Below are positions 25,069 to 36,596 of a DNA stretch of 46,428 nucleotides, one piece after another (within the stretch, counting starts at the first letter, position 1; the number at the start of each line of letters is the position of its first letter). The notes below the pieces were generated by a model that had not been told where the DNA came from, ran no database searches, and saw nothing but the letters and a program-made list of their open reading frames with translations. The stretch is taken from NCBI RefSeq assembly GCF_006345805.1, contig NW_021834635.1, positions 1 through 46,428 of the forward strand, in the 5' to 3' direction. A program made the position numbers and the translations under genes. Source of the stretch: Octopus sinensis. Its lineage: Eukaryota.

Positions 25069-25095
25069 TGTATGTATGTATAGATATATATACAT

Positions 25096-25161
<66 letters not shown>

Positions 25162-25162
<1 letters not shown>

Positions 25163-25375
25163 CGTTAATCCAAACATGAAAACACAAAGAGAAAACACAC
25201 CAACGCGAGGACGTGGAACAAGTATAGTGTTATTGAACGTTAAGGAAAGGAATGAAAGAAGGAGTATTTAACGTTTCGAGCGGAGTTCTTCGTCAGAAAC
25301 ATAGGAAAAGGAAAGATCCAAGGAAGAGAAGACGGAGGAAAAAAATCGCCAACGGTAAACACGCGGTCACATTTT
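25162..25375 (-). mobile_element. Penelope-like terminal-repeat fragment containing a type I hammerhead motif
   Basis: Minus strand CTGACGA-A-GAAC-TCC-GCTC-GAAA, 7-bp stem III (ACGTTAA/TTAACGT) and GTT triplet at 25232-25299. Confidence 0.6.
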
Positions 25376-25475
25376 GAATATGTATACACATTTATAAGTA
25401 AAGGAGGGAGCAGAAACATACTTGTTCATCCACATACCGGCAAATTAAGTATATATACATATATTATATATATAT

Positions 25476-26002
<527 letters not shown>

Positions 26003-26214
26003 AAGGGAGAAAGAGCAGTTAAAGCCGCACTCCAACGTGTCGAACGGCCGTTGTTTTTAAAATAAAAATGAAATAAAAACAAACGGATTTTCTCCTTGGT
26101 ACGAACATGATGTAAGGCGAGCGTAATAGATCAAGTCTATTTTTCAGTTACTGTGGTAAATACAAAACTAGTTTCACGAATAATGTACAAACTAAATAAA
26201 TCAATATGCGCACG

Positions 26215-26607
26215 AGTAGCTTGCTTACCAGCCACATAGTTCCGGGTTCGGTCCCACTGCGTGGTACCTTGGGCAAGTGTCTTCTACTATAGCCTCAGGC
26301 CGACCAAAGCCTTGTGAGTGGATTTGGTAGACGGAAACTGAAATAAGCCCGTCGTATATATGCATATGTATATATGTGTGTCTACGTATATGTTTGTGTG
26401 TCTGTGTTTGTCCCCCCACCATCGCTTGACAACCGATGGTGGTGTGTTTACGACCCCGTAACCTAGCGGTACGGCAAAAGAGCCCTATAGAATAAGAACT
26501 AGGCTTACAAAGAATAAGTCCTGGGGTCGATTTCCTTGACTAAAGGCGGTACTCCAGCATGACCTCAGTCAAATGACTGATACAAGTAAAAGAGAGTAAA
26601 AGAGTAA
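26215..26607 (+). mobile_element. SINE family A (slightly 5'-truncated)
   Basis: Homology to other A copies. Confidence 0.9.
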
Positions 26608-26805
26608 TTCTTAAAAAATAAACTTAATTTGGAAGCACATTTTCCGATCTTCGGTTGTATATTCCATATTTTAAGATAAAAAAAACAAACTATAAGATAC
26701 ATTTGCCTTTATCTATCCATATCAATTCGTAACCCAAGGCATTCAGTATATTGAAAAGGGTAAGACAGCTCGCCTTACATCATGCTTTATCTCAGATATT
26801 TCTTT

Positions 26806-26985
26806 TACGCTTTTACTTGATACCAGTCAGTTGACTGCGGCCATGCTGGAGTATTACTTTAAAGGGTTTTCTAGTCGAAGAAATCGACTCCAGGACTTAT
26901 TTATCGGTCTCTTTTGCTAAACCGCTAATTTTTGCTAAACACACCAAACTCGAATCCTCAAGCGATTATGAGGAGAAAAGTTCGT
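26806..26985 (-). mobile_element. SINE A 3' fragment
   Basis: GACTGCGGCCATGCTGGAG...CCAGGACTTATTTATCGGTCTC. Confidence 0.7.
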
Positions 26986-27072
26986 TTGTTCTTATTTTAA
27001 TTTTATTTTAAAACAACGGCTATTCGGCACGAAGGAGTTCGGCTTAAACTGCTCTGTCTCTCTGTCTGTCTT

Positions 27073-27121
<49 letters not shown>

Positions 27122-27374
27122 ATATATATATATATATACATGTATGTCGTTCTTCATGTTTGTCTTGTTTTCCATTTGTGTCTTTCGTTGTTCGAAAAAA
27201 TTGTTCATATTCCATGGACTCGCACTACGTATTTTTTTATTGTACACATTTCATGAGGTCCTATGCCCACATATACATACATACATACATACATACATAC
27301 ATACATACATACATACATACATACATACGTACATACATACATACATACGTACATACATAAATACACACACACAC

Positions 27375-27418
<44 letters not shown>

Positions 27419-27420
27419 TT

Positions 27421-27700
27421 TCTTTTCTAGTTTCAGCTCAGAGCTGCGGCCATGCTGATGCACCGCTGTTTTGTGCTACACTGTTATTGCGAAGAACCTC
27501 GTCTAATATGTGGCACTTGGTGAAGAATGGAGTTTGATATAGCTACACTCATTTGCACCTCTTGCCGTGAGGTAGGTTCATCTGGGACTCTCGACAGATG
27601 TCCAGCTTTGATTTAAAAACTGCTACATCTACTTTGTGCAAGTTCCTCAGACTCTTTGGGAGAATATTAAAAAGCTGTGGGCCCTTGGAACCCAGGCTGT
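27421..27700 (-). mobile_element. 3' end of a CR1/L2-group LINE
   Basis: Minus translation SLGSKGPQLFNILPKSLRNLHKVDVAVFKSKLD/RVPDEPTSRQEVQMSVAISNSILHQ...* (one frameshift) matches the CR1-group ORF2 C-terminal pattern GP.LFN.LP...R......FK..LD....VPDEP......SNS. Confidence 0.8.
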
Positions 27701-28313
27701 AATATATATATTATTTATATTGTTATATGATTGAACGCCACACACCCTCTTCCAATTAAGCTTTATATTAATAATTCTGAGCCATAAATCCAACCCTATT
27801 ATGAAATAATAGTGTTGGATTTATGGCTCTGACATTTGTACTACCCCTTCCTCTATCTATAAATAGAAAAAATTATTGTTTGTCTCCACTGAACCAAATA
27901 TATAAAACCACTCCTCCCCATTGATAAATCTAAATAACAAAGTGAACTCAGTGATAAAAAAATCTGCCCATGGAGAAGGACCTTCTAGTGCCATGTTCTT
28001 AATGATGAAATTAACCTCTCTGTCTATATATCTACCCTATTTGTAATGTTGGCAAATGGAATAAGTATAGAAATGAGCATTGTCTATATGTGGCTGAAGA
28101 GTGCTCTACATTTTAAAACTGATGTAATACTTACATTGCTTAATTAAATGAAGTAGCATGAAACGATTGTACTACACTACCTTTGGATAACTTGTTGCTT
28201 ATTTTGATTATATATATATAAAAATCCATAGAGGCAATACAAGGATTCACCGTGTCTTCATTTTAGAACTGTGCTTTATTTCTATAACATGAAATCACAT
28301 GTATAATTATAGG

Positions 28314-28347
28314 CTTCACATTTCCTCCCACTGTCTCTCACTCTCCT

Positions 28348-28381
<34 letters not shown>

Positions 28382-28502
28382 GTATATATATATATATACA
28401 CATACATTCACACACATAAATATATGTATATATATATACATATATACAGACAAATATATATATAGATATATACATATGTATACATATATATATATATATG
28501 TA

Positions 28503-28575
<73 letters not shown>

Positions 28576-28593
28576 CATAAATACATACATACA

Positions 28594-28627
<34 letters not shown>

Positions 28628-28640
28628 ATGTATATGTATA
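28314..28640. repeat. (CT)n then (AT)n compound microsatellite
   Basis: Direct inspection. Confidence 0.9.
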
Positions 28641-29605
28641 TATGTATAAGTGTATATATATTTCTATGTGTAAATGAATACACAGCCATATACTTATCTA
28701 GATGTGCACATACTATATACAAACATGCGCACACCACATCAAGAAAACATCACAGGAAAAGCAATTATGTTGGACCAGAATAAAAAAATAAAGAACACGT
28801 AGGCAAATTTTATTTACCATACTTGTACGTATTCATTTGTATAGAATACATTTTCGCATTGTCAAGTGAAAAAAAAAATAAGCGTCACATATTCTCGACT
28901 TCATACGAAGCCTAAAAAAGAAAAAAAAAGAAAACACGTATAGCTATACATATTATATATGTACAAAAGTTGATGAATGCTTTAATATTCGCGTTGGGAA
29001 ATCAAGAAAATCTGTCGATTCGGAAAATTTTAACAACGTAGAAACTGTGTTTATTTGCTCAATGTATGACTAGGAAAATTGTTATCTGACGAGCAAAGAG
29101 ATCGGAATTTGTTTGAAGTTTTCACTGTCTCTTTTGCTTGCTACGTTGAATCTATAGAGACTGACTCAATTTTCCGAGAACAGAGTTAAAGCTGGGTGGA
29201 CAATATTGTTCTCTCTAATATTAGTTAACGGTTGTTTTTGTTTCCTTCTTTCTACCCCTTTCAATTATTTAGTCGATGCGGCGAGAAAAAGAAGAAAAAA
29301 AATGCTTGTGTCGTTTTTTTCGCTGTGTTTCTATGTCGCTCTTGATTTTCTTATTCCTATCACCATTATATCATTTGCAAAAGGTTAAATAAACTAAAAC
29401 TAAGCTCAACTATTTTATTCCCCAATCTCTACGGATTTTCCGAAATTGAAAAAAAAAAAAAACAGCAAAGAAACAAAAACAAGAAAAGAGTTGCTTGCTT
29501 TTTACCATTGATGAGATTTTGTGTGTGTGATACGAAAATGTGTTTCTATTTCCCAATAAAATCTTATTGTCGTTTCCGACGTTGATGGACTGTTGACAGA
29601 AGCAT

Positions 29606-30147
29606 TAGAGACGTAGAGTTAGATCTGTTGCCAACATGAGGACTGGAACACTTCAGATGAATACGGTTTCCCTGGCGTATAAATGGCTGAGATTACAGCG
29701 CTCGACTCCACTAGAGATGTAGAGTTAGATCTGTCGCCAACCTGAGGACTGAAAACTCCAGATGAATACGGTTTCCCTGGCGTATAAATGGCTGAGATTA
29801 CAGCACTCGACTCCACTAGAGACGTAGAGTTAGATCTGTTGCCAACCTGAGGACGGAAAACTCCAGATAAATTCGGTTTCCCTGGCGTATAAATGGCTGA
29901 GATTACAGCACTCGACTCCACTAGAGACGTAGAGTTAGATCTGTCGCCAACCTGAGGACTGAAAACTCCAGATAAATTCGGTTTCCCTGGCGTATAAATT
30001 GCTGAGATTACAGCACTCGACTCTACTAGAGACGTAGAGTTAGATCTGTCGCTAACCTGAGGACTGAAAACTCCAGATAAATTCGGTTTCCCAGGCGTAT
30101 AAATGGCTGAAATTACAGCACTCGACTCTACTAGAGACTGAAAACTT
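29606..30147. repeat. 105-bp minisatellite, five units plus a partial unit
   Basis: Unit starts TAGAGA(C/T)GTAGAG at 29606, 29712, 29817, 29922, 30027; partial unit at 30132. Confidence 0.97.
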
Positions 30148-30793
30148 CAGAGGGGAAATCGCCCTGCATGCAGTCATTCAGTCTCTGTGCATTAGAGTGT
30201 TGTGGGCTTGTGTTGAGCAGTTGCTGTTTCGTGTAAGACGAATCGAGATGTCCGCCGAGCGTATCGTGGAATCGACGCACCACTTTCTTTTAGTAGAGAG
30301 GGATGGCAGATCTTTTTCTGTTTAGTAGCTGTGGCAAAAGAGGCCGTGTGGTGGACCCGTCTGAAAGGTGTGAACACAGGCACTTTCCTATCTGGTCAAG
30401 TTCTCATCAATTCATTGAAATATCGTTTGAAGAGAAAGATGAGGGTAGAAAAAGAGGCGCTGACTTTTAGTGTGTTTATCAAAATGTGGTCGGGAGTGGT
30501 AAGTCTGGTAAGACTGAATGGATCTATTCTGAGAATGCTTTTCTAAGTAGGAGGAAGAAGAATTGAAAGACGGCACGTCCCGTACCTTGAGGATGACATA
30601 GTAATCCGGGTCTTTTGCATGGGTTTATTCCGAATTACCTTAATTATTCATTTCTCTAATACCTATTTTATATATACCCTTGTTAATCCTTTAATATTGT
30701 AGTGTCTCCCTTTGCTCGCTGTAAACCCCACCTGTTTTTGCGTGTTTGTATCTCGTTCTTTCATATTGACTTTATGGCCAGTAAAAGAAATTG
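30148..30793 (+). mobile_element. 3' fragment of a diverged sister Tx1-like LINE ending in (CAT)n
   Basis: Translation EIALHAVIQSLCIRVLWACVEQLLFRVRRIEMSAERIV/.../FCLVAVAKEAVWWTRLKG...RMLF* (stop at 30546) aligns with the ORF2 C-terminus at 41760-42174. 3' end GGCCAGTAAAAGAAATTGT. Confidence 0.85.
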
Positions 30794-30824
<31 letters not shown>

Positions 30825-30863
30825 TATTATTATCATTGTTATTATTATATTATTATTATTATA

Positions 30864-30899
<36 letters not shown>

Positions 30900-30927
30900 C
30901 ATTATTATTATTATTATATTATTATCA

Positions 30928-30963
<36 letters not shown>

Positions 30964-30982
30964 TATTATTATTATTATTATT

Positions 30983-31190
30983 CGATTTGGCAAGATTGTT
31001 AGCACGCTGGATGAAACGCTTAGCGTATTTCACCCATCGCTATGTTCTGAGTTCAAATTGCACCGAGGTCGGCTTTACCTTTCATCCTTTCGGGGGTCGA
31101 TAAATTAAGTACCAATTGAGTACTGGGGTCGATGTAATCGACTATCCCCTTCCCCTAGTTGCAGGCCTTGTGCCTATTACAGTAAGGATT
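30983..31190 (+). mobile_element. SINE B2 (family B head and core, alternative tail ending in (ATT)n)
   Basis: Core CCTTTCATCCTTTCGGGGGTCGATAAATTAAGTACCA followed by CGACTATCCCCTTCCCC...GGCCTTGTGCC. Confidence 0.8.
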
Positions 31191-31217
31191 ATTATTATTA
31201 TTATTATCATTATTATT

Positions 31218-31690
31218 GAGTGAGAAAGCAATGCATGCCATCAAAGTGACACGGGTAAAATATATGAAGCTCAGTATACCCATCAAGACTACCCGTCTGA
31301 TAAGGGTACACTAGCACATGCATCACAACCATATGTGCGCGACATGGTGATCTCATATCAAGATAAACAGCACATGACCTTGCAGGTGGGGCCCAGTTAG
31401 AATTTTCTTCAGGTCGAGTAGCCCATCCCACTCGAAAGGTCCCTGAATAAGGGTTGTTTAAGGATGTTGAACCAAACACCCATGTTTCTAGAGTTGAATT
31501 ATTCAAACCCCAAAGAATCCCTCTCAACACACGGCTATGATACTCCCCCACTACTTCTGCTCGTGATCAGAGATGCACATATCGTCAGCCACTAAGGGAC
31601 ATGCTCAACTGGTTAAGGTCAAACAACTGACAAGCAAATCTGTGGTATTGAGCAGAATATTTGCTGTAGCCCATCTTTTATACCAAGACA
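31218..31690 (-). mobile_element. ~470-bp non-coding element embedded in (ATT)n on both sides
   Basis: Sharp-edged, higher-GC block with (ATT)n immediately on both flanks; no convincing ORF. Strand inferred from the (AAT)n-tailed end. Confidence 0.55.
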
Positions 31691-31700
31691 ATTATTATTA

Positions 31701-31764
<64 letters not shown>

Positions 31765-33506
31765 CATTATTATTATTATTATCAAGGCCGTTCAGTATTT
31801 CATTCGAACCAAAATGCCTTTGGATACTTAATTATGACTTATTTATGTCCCGAGACAATATTTTACCAAAATTGACTTTGCTTTTAATTACTCCAAGATC
31901 GATAAAGCTAGTGCTTCCCAAGTACTCGAGTTGATTTAAATTAGCTCTCTCTTTCTTCCTCCAAATGCTTGTGTGCTTATTTTTGCTTCTGTTCTTTTTT
32001 TGGCTGAAATCAAATGTCATTAATATTATTTCGCATTCATTAATTGCTGTAATAGCTCTTATTTTTTTTTCCTTTTTATTTTTTGTATTCTGTATTTCTG
32101 CAACTCAGCGTGCAACTGCTTTTCGTTCTATTTGCAGTTAGAGATTCAATATATTGTATGAAACTGAATCGCTAACTTTTCATCATTGGAAAAACCCCAA
32201 AGGGGAGGTAATACACGGCTTCCACCTCTTTAGGCAAAAACGTAAAAAAAAAAATGAAAAAAGAAAAGAGAATGTAGAGAAAAATGGAAGAGTAATAACC
32301 AGGTCTCAGTAATTGATTTGAATAATATAATATCTCGTTCGACGACCAGAAAAAAAACTATGCTTTAGGTGCTAAGCTCAGCTTTCTTTCAATTCTGTAG
32401 CGTTTCTATTATCACATATTTCAATTAACTATACTTGGATATTTTCGCTTAAAACATTTTCGGTGTAAACTGCTTTGGTCAACAAGTTATTTATGAATTG
32501 TAAAAATAAAACTGGAAAACAAAAACAAGTACTAAAATAAACATGTTTATCAAAAGTATATTGTGTGTTTGACCTCGATAAGAGGGTTAGCAATGGTTAT
32601 TCTCACCCAACCTGTTTGGAAGTTGTAATGCTTTATTTAAAATTTTAGTTGAAAAATGGTGGTGTTTAATCAATACCCGGCCAGTGGTAACAACTGAACA
32701 ACTAAGCGGATGACACGATGCCAGCTGCTAAGTTATGAAGTGGAGTAGGTAGAGGGTGTGGCGAGGGTTATAATATCCATGGACGAAGCTTTTTGTGGAG
32801 GTGGCATTTTTCAGTCTGATCTATAAGCTTACATAGGCTGCGGCCCAGGGTGGACTGGGGGATACAAACACAAGGGCTGCCCCGGACGCTACGTACAAGA
32901 GATACGACAGAGATGTTAGGTCCATTATCAGGAAATAATTTCCAAGCTGAAAGTGTGAAGACTAAAACAGAGTAGGAGCAGTCAACCACTGAAAATGACA
33001 GTAGAAATGGTATTTGCTTGTTGGTCTTGTGGTCGTTTGTATCCAGGCCAGACTCGATCAAGCAGATTAAAGATCGAAGGCGTTCCATCTGTGACCAACC
33101 CGTCCTTTCCTAGGCTAGTTTATCTCGAACGACATTGTTACCCAGTGCAAACTTCATTCTTTAAGACTTCAGGTTTTGACGAGAGTGAAACATCTGTGAA
33201 GAGGTTCTGTCACAGTCGATTACGTCATGCTAAGTTCATAGATATAGACATTTTATAGAGGTAGGTACGGGATCTAGTAGCAAGTTGGCCCTTCGGGTTG
33301 TACGGTCTGATGGTTGAGATATTGATTTCAAATTTTGGCACGTCAAATCAATATCAGTGCTCAACTGGTGCATAGTTTATCAAACCCCGACAGCATGAGA
33401 AAAAAGGTACATCGGTAGCATTTGACGAAGAAAGTAAAGAGCTGCATTTTGTTCGCCGCACTAACGATCCTGCCTGCTAGCAACCTTTCTGTCACTTAAA
33501 ATATTA

Positions 33507-34074
33507 TTGGGTTGTCCGGAAAGTTCGTGCCGATTTATAGTAGCTAACCTTTCGACTTATCTTAGAACATGGTTGAGTCCATAAAATAAGATTTGACTAC
33601 ACCTCCATTTAGAGCACAGTTTAAGCTATCTTTTCGTAGAAGAAGGTTTATGTTCCTATAACCTGTGTTAATTCTGTAACCCTTTAAAGTGGAAGATAAG
33701 AAAGTTCATTTTCGGCACTTGGTGCTTTGGAATTCAGACGAAAAATTGCTGCAGCTCAGCTGGGATGTGTTACCCCACCCTCCATATTCACCAGATATTG
33801 TTCCTTCGGATTTCCACTTATTCAGGTCTCTGCAGAATAGTTTTAATGGTAAAAGTTTCAATTCCTTGAATGACGTAAAAAGATACCTTGATGAATTCTT
33901 TAACATGAAACCACCTCAATAATGGGGAAGAGAGTATTTTCAAGTTAAAGGAAAGATGGAGACGTAGTGTGCAAGAAAATGGTTCCTATTTGGTTGATTA
34001 AAAATGTAATGGCAAGTTTTTATTGACCTTTTACTTTCCTTCAAAAATCGGTACGAACTTTCTGGACAACTCAA
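33507..34074 (+). mobile_element. Internally deleted mariner element with both TIRs and TA duplication
   Basis: TIRs TTGGGTTGTCCGGAAAGTTCGTGCCGATTT and AAATCGGTACGAACTTTCTGGACAACTCAA, flanked by TA. The N-terminus (V/M)EDKKVHFRHLVLW is fused to the C-terminal WDVLPHPPYSPDIVPSDFHLFRSLQN. Confidence 0.93.
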
Positions 34075-34299
34075 TACTAAGCCTATGTATGTATGTATGT
34101 ATGTATGTATGTATGTATGTATGTATGCATGTGTGTATCGTTGCTATTATGTTAAACTGTCGTATGCCCAAATTAATTTTTACCAACCTCCAAAACGAAG
34201 TAAAGAAAAGTTGACCTTAGAGAAATTTGAACATAGAAAATAGAGAGCAAAACAAACAACGCGCGAGAGTCTAACACTCTTGTGGCTCTGTCAATTCTC

Positions 34300-34417
<118 letters not shown>

Positions 34418-35798
34418 CCCGACCCTACCATCACCAAACTAGAACGCATCCTCTTCCGCTTCTGGTGGAAAGGATGCGTCCGATGGTCAGGCGATCCATT
34501 TGCTGTCAACACCCGTTAAGGAGGGCTGGGCATGCCATGTTGATGATGATGCAGACACGCGCTGAGACTGCGACATCTCCGGCTCTATGTAGACGACGGT
34601 GAACAGGTGTGGTCGCCGTTTGTGAGGCACGCATTCCCGCAACTCGTCTCCATGACCGAACTGCAGTCGTGGATCAAAAAAAGAGGCCGAAGAAGGGCGA
34701 ATAGCACCGCGAGTGTCGCGTTGCTCTCAAGCAACTCTGCCGTCCCGGGTCGACCTTGAGTGACTTCAACACAACCAAAGCATTCTATAGGGGATTAGTG
34801 GAGGGGAGGTACGACGACGATCTCGGGGCAAACCTGGGCGTCGACGAGGAATACCTGACCCGCCTGTTTCAAACGACTTTCGGCCCGGGACCTATGGACA
34901 ACTTCCAGAGATCCCAGGCCTGGCGGTGCTACCGAGAAGCGCTACCCGTTCGGGATAAGCTCTATAGGCATGGCTCGAGAAACACGGGGCCGACCTGCCC
35001 GAGATGCGGGCAGAGCAACGAAACCGCTCTGCACGCAATCGTGCAGTGTCCAGCAATTTCCGACCTGTGGGATTATGTCGAACGACTGCTGTCACGTGTG
35101 GGACGTGTTGGTTTATCAGCCGAGTCTATCGTTAATATCGTCACGCTTCCTTCCTTCAAACGGGAAGGAAGAGCTATTTTTATCATACTTGTGGCTATGG
35201 CGAAAGAATGTATCTGGTGTACGCGCCTGAAAGGTTGAGACAAACACTTCCTCCTCTCTGGTCAATCTCTCATCAACTTTCAAGTATCACTTGAAGAGGA
35301 AAGTGAGAGTAGAGAGGCAAGTTTTGTTTAGTGAATGTTTTAAAAAAAGATGGGTGAATGTAGCAAGGATGGCACGTATGAATGACGAAGCCACCTTGAC
35401 TATGATTCTATGAACCGTAAAAATTAATACAGAGAGTTGCTTATTTGCAAAAAAAAAATAAAAGAAAGAATATAACATGTGACTTCATTGACCGAGGTTA
35501 CCGTGGTCTTTTCCGTAGGCTTTTCTTTCCACGGGTAAACCACACCTGTCCTCCCCTTTACACTTCATATTGACATTTCTGTGATTACGATCCCTATTGA
35601 TCAACTTTTTTTCCTCTCCCTATTTCTTTTTTTTTTCCCTCTCCCCACTTTTTAAAAAAATCCTCCCCTTTTTGTCCCCTTTCTTCCTTTTACGATCCCT
35701 TTTGATCGAAAACCAACCCCCCTTTTTTTACCCCAAAAGAAAAGCTCTACTTGTAATTTGTTCTGTCTGTGTGCAGCCTGTGTGGCTAATAAAGAAAC
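34418..35798 (+). mobile_element. Tx1-like LINE copy 1, 5'-truncated
   Basis: Begins CCCGACCCTACCATCACCAAACT (homologous to 41172); C-terminal CPRCGQSNETALHAIVQCP zinc motif; ends GTGGCTAATAAAGAAAC. Confidence 0.92.
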
Positions 35799-35799
35799 A

Positions 35800-35897
<98 letters not shown>

Positions 35898-35908
35898 CAT
35901 ATCTATCT

Positions 35909-36094
35909 TCCATTTTTACATTGACATTTTTGCGATACCCGATCCCTATTGATCGCCCCCACTTTATTTTTCACGATCCCTTTTCATCGGAATTCGACCG
36001 TATTTTTTCTTTTTTCCTTCTCTTCTTCCCAAAAAGAAAAGCTCTACTTTGTATTTGTCCCTTCTGTGTTCAGCCCTGCGTGGCCAATAAAGAA
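35909..36094 (+). mobile_element. Tx1-like LINE copy 2, 3' UTR stub
   Basis: Homologous to the 3' UTRs of copies 1 and 3; ends GTGGCCAATAAAGAA; (ATCT)n on both sides. Confidence 0.9.
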
Positions 36095-36123
36095 ATCTAT
36101 CTATCTATCTATCTATCTATCTA

Positions 36124-36188
<65 letters not shown>

Positions 36189-36596
36189 CTTTTGATAGTA
36201 TTCGTGACAGATCGACTCGTAAGTTAACTACTATTTTATTGTGTTTCTCGAAAAGTTTCGTTGTAAATTTGCACACGGAGTGTGTAAGACACCAAGCTGT
36301 CGTCTGGGTGTGTTTTCCGGAGGGGATTATGCCCCTAGGGGCATTTTCAGCCTCAAAATATTTCACAATTTTGGCTGCAATAACTTGTTTTTTTAACATA
36401 AATGTCGGCGAAGCGTTTCTAGTAAATTACGAACGCTGTTCTCTTTCTTCTCGTTTGTATCCATTATTTACGTTCACACTTGTCGTAGAATTGTGACTTT
36501 CCAAACGCTCAACTTTCGTTTGAGCCTGTGTTAAATATAGAAATCGCCCATAAGGGCATTTTCAATCTATTTTTATTTTTGAAACAAAAAATAATA

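Larger units (their letters stand above)
30794..31780. repeat. (CAT)n/(ATT)n trinucleotide array interrupted by two elements
   Basis: Direct inspection. Confidence 0.9.

Noticed and set aside
29272-29388. Acceptor followed by a signal-peptide-like ORF MLVSFFSLCFYVALDFLIPITIISFAKG
   Set aside because: T-rich DNA yields hydrophobic peptides by chance; the donor is weak and a stop follows immediately.
29606-30147. CRISPR-like or prokaryotic repeat array
   Set aside because: The units are contiguous near-identical 105-mers with no unique spacers, in a eukaryotic context without cas genes.
32830-32930. GCGPGWTGGYKHKGCPDATYKRYD resembling an EGF/MEGF-type repeat after a possible acceptor
   Set aside because: Two of the required cysteines and the conserved glycines are missing, stops flank the frame, and there is no good donor.
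33310-33370. Hairpin GATATTGATTT...AAATCAATATC
   Set aside because: It lies within a rearranged, degenerate SINE B2 fragment; the short AT-rich stem is explained by local rearrangement.
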